The position numbers were made by a program, and so were the translations under genes. DNA of 64,000 bases from Azolla caroliniana (lineage: Eukaryota > Plantae > Polypodiophyta). The DNA lies in the NCBI GenBank assembly GCA_043228905.1, contig JBHGNT010000001.1, positions 12,090,001 through 12,154,000 on the forward strand. The letters run 5' to 3'. The first letter of the stretch is position 1. Each line of letters begins with the position of its first letter. The notes under the pieces were generated by a model that was not told the origin of the DNA, searched no databases, and saw nothing but the letters and a program-made list of their open reading frames with translations. Of the stretch, positions 38,748 to 48,800 are shown piece by piece.

Positions 38748-39299
38748 AGGAGTGATCATGAATGTATATTTGGCTATTAAGTGTAACTACATTCCGCTTG
38801 TAACAAATCGAATAATATAAAAGCATGTGTTTTGAATTCTTATGATTTCTAAAAAATCGTTTCTTATAAAATAACATTGGTTGTAAAGTTTGTGATATAA
38901 ATTGAGAATGTATCTTTTTGAAATTCATCTTTTTTTAGTTACTTCTAAATCACGAAAATAGTGGATTTTTAACCTTTTTCATAGCATGTTTGAACATGTA
39001 TGATAGTGGTATCAATGTGTTTTGTAAAATCATTGAAAAAGCCCTAAAATTTCCCTTATCCTTCCATTTATGCGCGATCCTTCCACTTGTGAACGCGAAC
39101 GTGTTTATCTTCTTCGAAGGTCAAATATGACCTATGAGACCAAAAATATTACATTTCACGTGATACATGTGAAAGTGAGTAATGACTCTCGATGTTCAAG
39201 AACTTTACCGATAACTTTGGCATTGCAATTGAGAAATAATAACCTGCAATTGACTTTGGATATCCAAAAGCTCCTCATCTAACGGTGCATGTATTAATA

Positions 39300-40276
39300 A
39301 TGCATTAGATCTAGAGAGAACTTGTGAGAATTGTCGAAGAAGACATCTTCTTCGTTGAGCATTAGTTACTCCATACATACGATGAATGATCTTAATGTTT
39401 CATAACGTGATATCCCATGCTTTAACTCCTTTAAGATTCACTTCTTGTGAAAAATTTACCAAAATTTGCTCCATGAGAGAATCAAAGTGAGGTTGAAGCA
39501 AAAGAGAAGAGTTAAAGCGTAATGGAGGCTTTCCAAGTAAGGATTTATACATGTCAATTGTATGACCACAAACCTCCAAACAAATAGGAAAGTGATCTAA
39601 AGTTCCTACATCTTGTAGAACTGTCATACGAAGTGATGTTGATAAAAAAGAATCATCATGCATCACATACATTCTATCTAACGGACTCCATGTTTGTCTA
39701 TGTTGAGCAGATTGGAAAGTAAAACCTAGATCATTCCCATGCAACCATGTCCAAACATCCAATTTCAGAATCTCCATAGTCAATGAATCCCAAGCAAGTT
39801 GCTCAGTATTATCCATGATTGAATGTTCAAAAATAGATTGAGATGCATCAACACACATGTTAAAAACACCCATAAGTAATCATGGATGACCCACGCATAG
39901 GGTTTGAAGGAGTCAGCCCCATAATGCAATACGTTGAGTGGCTTGGTTAGGGGCATAAATCCCAACCGCCCACACAACCCTCGCCAAAAAATGTGATTTC
40001 TAGAACCAAAAACCGACCCTAAAGATCATTATGCACCACTTGAGGATAATATTTATCCCGCGCGATTAATACCACACTTGAATAATGATTATTAAGATGT
40101 CCTGCATAGAATGATAAATATCCATGCAAATGAATTGTGGATCCTGCTAACTCATGACACTTATGCTCAACTGCACATAATACATCCCTTTCTTTACTTA
40201 ACAATGTTTCCCATAATATATAGTACTTCTTATGAGGAGAACATGCCCCTCTCACATTCCATGTTACCACTTTCAT
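39300..40276 (-). mobile_element. Degenerate L1-type LINE ORF2 endonuclease remnant
   Basis: MKVVTWNVRG at 40276, plus SPLDRMYV, LDHFPI and LRFNSSLL further on (APE endonuclease motifs). Confidence 0.75.
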
Positions 40277-40703
40277 TCAATCAACAATGTTATGGGTGCA
40301 CTTGCTCCTTTAGAGCAACCAATGTCATGAAACTAGTCAAAGCATGTTCTAATGTTGCATATGGATTCTCATGCACCACAACCTTAGGGTTGTCTATCAA
40401 AATCTTTTGTTTAGGTCCTCCCGCTTGACGAAAACCTCGAGAATTCAATGAATTTACAACCCGTCCCAATGAAACAAATTGTATGTGAAGGGGTAATCCC
40501 TTATCCCTAAATTGTTGTTGCCAAGGAACTTTTCAAGGACCCTCCCTAGTTCGTGAATTACCTTGCCAAGTAGTCTCATGATGTTCCTTCATCCATAACA
40601 ACCACAATATCTAACACACCAACATCTCTCCCAAATCCTTCCTTACCATTCTCTTCATTAGAAACCTCTATAGTTGAAGGACAATGACGAAGACATTCCA
40701 CCA

Positions 40704-41602
40704 GGAGAAAAGTAAAAGAAGAAAAAAGCGGGCCACCAAAACACAGTCTGAAACAAACGCTCATAACTCTTTCGTTTGTAATCCAAATATCATGTGTAAA
40801 TATGGGTTGGAAAGTGTGAAGAGAGCTATCTTTAGCTTTTTACATCTCTAAATTTGGAGCTTTGGTGAGGGAGATATGACGATTAGAAGGTTGTTATGTC
40901 ATAGCTAAAAATAGGAGATAAAAAACTTCTAAAAAAAGCGTGAAAAAGAACGCAAGGGGAAGTTATCTAGTAGAGGAGACCTTTATATAAAGCAAGAAGA
41001 GTAAGGTGGTGGGGGCTTAGTCTACTTCTTGTGGTGTTTTCTTGTCCATTCATGTAGTGTGGTTGAGTTGTTATCAATATATCTTTGTAGATTTGGATTT
41101 ATGTATCTTCTTTCTCTCTTCCTTCCATCATGATCATTCATTATCAATAGATCTTTATAAAGATAAAGAAGGATCCAAAACAACAAAGATCTATTGATAA
41201 TGAATGATCATGATGGAAGGAAGAGAGAAAGAAGATACATAAATCCAAATCTACAAAGATATATTGAAAACAACTCAACTACACTACATGAATGGGCAAG
41301 AAAACACCACAAGAAGTAGACTAAGAACAAAACCCACAACCTTACTCTCCTCCCCTTATTACAAAGGTATCATGTCTTCTATTCTTTTTCACGTTTTTTT
41401 TAGAAGTTTTTTATCTCCTACTTTTAGCTATGACACAAAGACCTTCTAATCGTCATATCTCCCTCACCAGAGCTCCAAATTTAGAGATGTAAAACGCTCA
41501 AGATAGCTCTCTTCACGAGCTTTCCAACCCATATTTACACGTGCTATTTGGATTACAAACGAAAGAGTTATGGCCCACTCTTTTTTTCTTTTACTTTTCT
41601 CC
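40704..41602. mobile_element. Fold-back / Mutator-like MITE: about 900-bp inverted repeat with a 28-nt loop
   Basis: 40704-41156 is the imperfect reverse complement of 41185-41602. Ends are GGAGAAAAGTAAAAG / CTTTTACTTTTCTCC. No clear TSD. Confidence 0.8.
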
Positions 41603-42295
41603 ATGTTTCTTGCTTTTAGTTTGACTTATCCTCAATATCGTAGTTCGTGTTCTTGCCCTCCGGATGTGAATGCTCCATACCGTATATTCTTGTAGTGTTC
41701 AATAGCTTGAATTCTAAAAACACTTTCACAATACTATGATCTAAGATATTCTTTCGGAGAGTTACGGTTGAAGCTTTACCATTGGGGGATGCATTTAAAT
41801 AATAGAAACATTGTTAGAGGAATGTGTTTCTTTGTTTAGTGAAATTGGAACATAGTAAGCATCATTTTCTTTCGTGGCTAATGACTAGAATGGTTTGGAG
41901 GTGTATCAATTTAGTGTGGATGTCTTTAACTAGGGGTAAGACTATCTTCCTTCAATTGGGTTTTCACACATATGGAGCACAGTGAACCGATGCCTCATTT
42001 CTAGATTATTTTTGAGCTCTTACGATATTAGGGCCTATGGTTCAATTAGAAGATGGCGGAATGTCGTCACTTTTGATTTGCAAGTTGGGTGTGAGAAAAT
42101 ATGTTGTAAAATTAAAAGGTATGTATATGGCATTAACAGTGCTAGAGAAGTCACAACATCTCAACTATGAAGAGAGAGAACTCTGAAAGGTCACATATCA
42201 TCATATTCGGCATTTAAATCCCTAGAAGGGTAAGTTCGTCACGGTGGTGTTTTTTCTTTTGTAATGAAAGCCATGGCTAAATACCTTGTGCGCAT

Positions 42296-42320
42296 TTTCT
42301 AGAAACATCCGAACCTTCTT
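42296..42320 (+). promoter_or_regulatory. Heat-shock-element-like cluster upstream of the sHSP pseudogene
   Basis: TTCtaGAA and GAAccTTC alternating nGAAn units, followed by a TATA-like CATATATAG at about 42346. Confidence 0.6.
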
Positions 42321-42504
42321 CTTCTTCTTCTTCTTCCTCACACACATATATAGAGCCGCCATCGCCCTTCAGCCGTTCAACCAATACGAACTCCCGATCT
42401 CTTCAAATTTTCAAGCTCATTCTAATTCTTCACTGTAGGACACCAATCACGCTCCCCTTTCTTCCCTTTCTCATTTCTATCCTGCATCCTCCCATCGCTC
42501 ACTG

Positions 42505-43009
42505 ATGACACTTTCCCTCTTCAGACTCGACGGCAATCGCAGAGCATCACAGGATCCCCTCGACGCCTTCTTCTCTAACTCCCTCTTATTCCCTTCCTTC
42601 CCTGTATCTTCTTCTTAGATGCTCTCCTCTTTTCCCGATCATCTAGGCTTTGCACGCAATGTGGTAGCAGTAGCCAACAAGCAGGTGGATTGGAAGTAGA
42701 CCGAAGATTCCCATGTGTTCAAGGCTAACTTACCTGGTAAAGATCTCTATCTTCCTAATCACGCAGGATGCAACATTCTTATCAACGCTTAATTCTGGTG
42801 GACTTGATTTGCTTCTTGTCTGTATTGGTGATATGGCATTTGATTCCCTTGGCGTTTTCAAAACTCGTGATTTAGGTCTGAGCAAGTAGGAAGTGAAAGT
42901 TCAGGCAGAGGAAGGGCGCGTGTTGCAGATCAGTGGGGAGCGGAAGAAAGAGGAGACGACATCTACGGATAGGTGGCACAGGGTGGAACGTTCCCAAGGG
43001 AGTTTCCTT
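42505..43009 (+). pseudogene. Cytosolic class I small heat-shock protein (HSP17/18-like) pseudogene; exons 42505-42736 and 42876-about 43009
   Basis: FARNVVAVANKQVDWK*TEDSHVFKANLPG|[25 protein letters not shown]...[12 protein letters not shown]. Three in-frame TAG stops; the 3' end is fused to copia sequence. Confidence 0.88.
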
Positions 43010-43825
43010 TGATGCAGATTGGTGTTGAAAGATGTGTGACACGTTCCGGAGGTCAAATTGAATATGATATCAGTCGGTCGACTAGATGATGAAGGTTGCA
43101 TGGGTAGCTTCCGGAATGGCACTCTAAAATTCTGCACAGGAAACCTGATCGTGGTCCGAGCCTAGAAGACAAACACATTACACTTAATGCATGCTCGACT
43201 ATTCCGGGAGGAAGTGAATGTGGCAGCTGGCACAGCCAGTGAGTTGTGGCACAAGAGGCTATGCCACATGAGTGAGACGGGGATGCAGAAGCTTGTCGAG
43301 GATAACATCATTCCGGAGGTGAAGAATGTGCAACTTGACAAGTGCATCGATTGTTTAACCGGCAAGCAAAACAAAACGTCTTTCCGATCCAGACCCCCAA
43401 TGAGAAAGAAGGCATCGCTGGAACTCGTGTGTACGGATGTATGCTACGTGGACACTGAGTCACATGCTGTTTCAGGAGATATATATGCAACAACCAGAAG
43501 GATTCGTCGAAAAGGGGAAGGAGAACTTGGTATGTTGGTTGAGGAAGAGCCTTTATGGATTGAGGCGGCCTCCCCGGCAATGGTACCGGAAGTTCAAATC
43601 CTTGTTTGTGAAGAAGTTCGACGGAGGAGACTTTCTCGTCCTCCTATTGTATGTGGACAACATGCTGATAGTCGGACGAGACCATATGAAAATCTAAATG
43701 CTAAAAAAGGCCTTAAGCAAGTCTTTCTCAACGAAGGATATGGGTCCAACAAGACAGATCCTAGGAATGCACATTGTCCGGGACCGAACAAAGAAATTAT
43801 TGTGGTTGTCACAGGAGAAGTACGT

Positions 43826-44683
43826 TGTCACGCAAATCCGCGGCTTGTGGGTCAGCTCGGGCGGGACCTCCGGGGTCTAGGACCAGGGAGCCTAAGGACG
43901 CGCAGTTACTAAGCTTGCAGTGGCCTATCTGGCCTGGTTACCAAAGGCCGGATACTAAGCTCATGGGTTTGCAGAACCGTATTTAATCCGGCACTGCTAC
44001 CAGATTCTGGATGTTGCGCACACAGGCTCGCAAGATTGAGTAGGAAAGCACAGAATAGAGAAGGGAAGAACAATACCTTCCAGCACCCCAGAAAAGTTAT
44101 GAATAATGAAGCAACTTAGAGAAAGACAAACAAACACCTCAGAGAAAGAGCACTCGGATGCAACAATGCTAAAATAATCGATTAAAACATAGAAGAATAC
44201 AAGGATGGCCTCAAGCCGGAAAACAGAGCTTGGTGCGCACACACACACACAGGTGAGCCTCTGGTTGGGAGCACACAGGCTTCGTATGCGAGCAGAGGCC
44301 TCACGCCACCGATCTGAACAAGAAGAATAGAAACCCCTGTAGTGCTCGAGATCACAATTCGGTAGCACCTTACCCTCAAAACCACCTCCCCATCTAATAG
44401 ACACCTTCCCTCTCTTTTATATCACCAAAGACAGGGAGGGTCGAGATTACATCAAGTTGTTAACACAACCTTACTGTTAGAGATTCCCCCAACGATTTTC
44501 TACCCTCAAATCTTATTATTCAGTGGGCCCTTGAGTACCTTTTAACTAAGTTGTCTTGTACTTTTAATACTTCGATATTTACATTTGTTTGATCATTAGA
44601 CCAAGTTCATGTGCATATATGCACACCCTTGTTCATACACTTTCGATGGGCCCTTTCCCTTGTGGCTGGAATCCTCCACAACA
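43826..44683. mobile_element. Solo LTR inserted in the RT region of the older copia
   Basis: TGTCACG...CAACA interrupts GAGAAGTACGTGACAAAGG (EKYVTK). Flanking ACGT/ATGT duplication. Confidence 0.75.
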
Positions 44684-45805
44684 ATGTGACAAAGGTGCTC
44701 CAAAGATTCAACATGTAGAATGCGAAGCCGGTTGGCTCGACACTGCCGACTAACAGCAAGCTAATCGGAAGACAATGTCCGAAAATAAAGACGGAGAAGG
44801 CTGAGATGATCAAGGTTTCCTATGCCTCAGCAATCGGAAGCCTAATGTATGCAATGGTATGTACCAAGCCGGACGTCAGATACGCGGTTGGAGTCGTCAA
44901 CTGATTCATGAGCAATCCGGGCAGAGAGCATTGGGTTGCAGTCAAGTGGATACTCCGGTACCTAAGAAGCACCTTGAGTGTGTGCCTCCGATTCAGTTCA
45001 AGTAACCCTTTTGTTAGAAGGTTTTCTGATTCAGACATGTCGGTTGATGTGGATACTAGCCGGTCCACATTCGGATATGTCATGACTTATGCATGGGGAG
45101 CCGTCTCATGGCTATCGAGGCTGCAAAAGGCCATGGCGTGGTCAACCATGGAAGTGGAGTATATGGTTGTAGTGGAAGTCGGCAAGGAAATAATTTGGAT
45201 GAAGGAGTTCATTGGAGAGTTGGAAATTCGGCAAGGGGAATTCCGACTCTACTGTGACAACCAAAGTGCCATCCACCTTGTGAAGAATGCAGCCTCCCAC
45301 TCGAGGACCAGGAATATACCGAGGAGATATCATTGGCTCCGAGAGAGGGTAGAAGAGACGGATTTTGCTCTGATGAAGATCCACACGGAGGAGAATGGAT
45401 CAGGCATGCTAACAAAGGTGCTAACAGTAGAGAAGCTGGACGCATGCAGGAAACGAGTCAATTTGATGAAGGACCCCATTCTGGAGTGAAGGGGGAGTTT
45501 GTTAGGAAATAGATCCCTCCGCATGGGAAGTAAGCATGAACCAGATTGGAGTCTGGAGAAGAAACCGGATACGGAGCCGGACCGACCGGAAGGCATCCGG
45601 TAGAATCCAGAGAGGTATCAAGAAGTGAACATATTTGTAAATATGTTTTGGCACTCCTAAGACAAGTTATATTTGTAAATTTCCCATACAATGTATAAGT
45701 ATAAATATACTTAGGTCTAATTTGTAATGTGTGATGACAGACTAAGTGTAGGAGTGAGCGAAGATAGTGTGACATTATCATAGTTGTTGTTGGTTGGTGC
45801 CTCTG

Positions 45806-48800
45806 TGTTGGGATTACGGTCCCTTCGGATGGGATGGTCGGATATCGGAGATGAATGCCGACAAGCCCGGTTTCGGTTTCGGATCCGGATGACGAAGACC
45901 CCGGCTTCGGTGCCGGATGACGAATGTACCCGGAGAGCAATCCGGATGCAGGGACATATCCGTGAATATGTTCGTTATGGGCCCCTGAGGCTATAGTTGT
46001 AAATAGCCCTAAAGTCATATATGTATAAATATGACTTAGGGCAAATAGTTTTGGTGTTGCTTCTCATTTTTCTGTTTTTCCACTTTAGAGGAGTGAAGAG
46101 AGAGCAGCCGTGAGAGAGAGAAAGAGAGAGAGCGCGAGAGAGAAAGAGGTAGACGCCTCTGTGTATTTCCGCCGCCTGTGGCGAGGACAGCGAGCTCAAG
46201 GTCGTCGCCTTGGAGCTCGTCATTGTATACTTCTCTGTATAGTGTTGTTTGGAGTCTTGTACTCCCGTGGTTTTTCCCCGTTTAGGGTTTTCCACGTTAA
46301 TCCTTGTGTACTCGCGTTTCTTCGTTTTGTTTCTACGTGTGTTTCCTATTTTCTGCTCCATTGATCCGCGATTAATCGGTTGTGGCCGAGATAAGAAGGT
46401 GGAGAGAAGCGTCAATTCTCAACAAACTGGTATCAGAGCGACTGTTGCAGAAAATGGAAGGCGGCGGCAGCGGGCAGCCGATGATGATGGTGCTGAATGC
46501 ACAGAATTACGCCGACTGGAAGATCAAGATGGAGGATCTTCTGATTGTTCGGGACCTGTACGAACCGATTGACAGGTCGGAAATACCGAAGGGGGTACTT
46601 GAGTCGGAGTGGAAGCTCCTGAACCGGAAAGCCGTAGCGACGATCCGACAATATGTCGACGTAAGCGTCCTGCAACATGTGGCGAACGACACCAACGCAT
46701 ACGAGATGTGGAAGAAGCTGTCTGGCCTCTATGAGAGGAAGAATGCGTTGAACCGGACCTCCCTGATGAGGAAGATAGTGAACCTCAAGTACCGGGACGG
46801 CGAGAGTATGGTAGAACACGTAAGCACGTTCATGGGATTCGTGAATCAGCTTGCGGCGATCAAGTTCCCGCTGGAGGATGCAATGCAAGCCATCATCCTG
46901 ATGTGTACATTGCCGGACAGCTGGGAGAACTTGGTGGTGACTCTCAGCACCTCCTGCACCGAAGATAACTTGTCCCTACAAACGGTAAAGACAAGTATTC
47001 TGAATGAAGAAGCGCGTCGGAGAGATAAGGAACCGGCCTCCGACCCGAAGATGCTGCTTACCGAATCGGAACGGGGAAGACACTGGAACCGGAGTCCGCA
47101 AAGACGGGAGAAGTCGGGGACCCGGTCGCAGTCAAGAGGAAGGCCCACGTGCTTCCACTGTGGGAAGCCGGGGCACTTCCGGAAGAATTGTCGGCATTAC
47201 CGAAAGGACAACGGAGCCGACGACACCGATTCGAAGAAGTCACCGGAGAGAAACGGTGCATATCGGGGAGCCACGGACCGGAGAGGTTCGGATCGGCGAG
47301 GGCAGGACCGGAAAGGAACGACGGCACTCGCGGCAAGTGAAGAAGAAATCATGCTCATTACCGAAGAGAGGGAGCTGAACCTTGCCGGCGTAGAGATGAC
47401 CTGGGTGGTCGATTCCGGAGCGTCGTTCCACCTGACCCCGGAGAAGAAATACTTCTCATCCTACACAGCCGGTGAGCATGGCTGTGTTCGGATGGGAAAT
47501 GAAGGTACGTGCCGGATTGCCGGCATAGGAGACGTGTGGTTGACAACCCCGACCGGATGCAAAATGCTGCTGAAGGATGTCCGACACGTTCCGGAGGTTC
47601 GACTGAACCTGATTTCGGCCGGGAGGCTAGACGATGAAGGCTACACAGGTAGCATCCGGAACGGTGTCATGAAGTTCAGCAAAGGGAGCTTGATAGTGGC
47701 TCGGGCCCGGAAGGTCAACACACTGTACCTGATGAATGCCTGGTTATGTCCGGAAGAGCTGAATGTGGCAGCCGACACTGCCGGTGAGCTGTGGCACAAA
47801 AGACTGTGCCACATGAGTGAGAAGGGGATGAAGAGGCTTGCAGAAGACAACCTTATTCCAGTGAAGCATGTGCACCTGGAGAAGTGCACCGACTGCCTGG
47901 CCGGTAAGCAAAACCGAACCTCCTTCCACTCAAGGCCACCGACGAGACGTAGCGCACCATTGGAGTTGGTGCACACTGATGTGTGTCAGGTAGAAACGAA
48001 GTCACATGGCGGAGCCCAGTACTTCGTGACATTCATTGATGATCACAGCCGGAAGCTGTGGACGGCACCGTTGAAGACAAAGGACCAAGTGTTGTCCGTC
48101 TTCAAAGAACTCCACGCGAGAGTGGAAAGGGAATCCGGCAAGAAGCTGAAAGCGATACGAGCGGATAACGGAGGGGAATACCGGGGGCAGTTCCAGGAGT
48201 ACTGTCGCTCGAAGGGAATCCGACTCGAGTTTACTGTGCCGAAGACGCCGGAACTGAACGGGCTGGCCGAGAGGATGAACCGGACCATAATGGAGAGGGT
48301 CCGGAGTATGCTGGCGCATGCGAAATTACCCAAGGGGTTTCGGGCTGAGGCAATGTCGACGGCGACATATGTGATAAACAGATCACCCTCAGTTCCTTTG
48401 GACGGAGACACGCCGCAGAGAGTGTGGACCGGTAAGGAAGTGTCCTACCGGCATCTGAAGGTGTTCGGGTGTCTCGCATACGTGCATGTGGCAAAGGACC
48501 GGAGAGGAAAGCTAGATCCTAAGACCCGGCCATGCATATTCCTCGGTTACGGCGACGACGAGTTCGGCTACCGAGTATGGGACCCGGTCGACAAGAAGAT
48601 ATTCAGGAGTCGAGACATCATCTTCATGGAGGACAAGACACTCGCCGACTGGGAGTCGGAGAAGAAGATGAAGAGCTCCAAGTCGATCGGTGAGGATCAA
48701 CTCTACGAGGAGCAGTCCCGACCGGCAAGGGACCGGTTAACACTCGAGGATCCGGCCGAAGACGGTGAAGAAACAGAACCGGCCGAAGAAGATGAAAACG

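Larger units (their letters stand above)
28595..39105. mobile_element. TIR DNA transposon (Sola-like, 4-bp TSD) carrying a transposase, a DNA amino-methyltransferase and a palindrome array
   Basis: Left TIR AACACGTTCGCGTTCACAAGTGGAAGGATTGTGCAT (28595-28630) matches the reverse complement of 39070-39105 at 34/36 positions. TSD TATC at 28591-28594 and 39106-39109. Confidence 0.93.
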
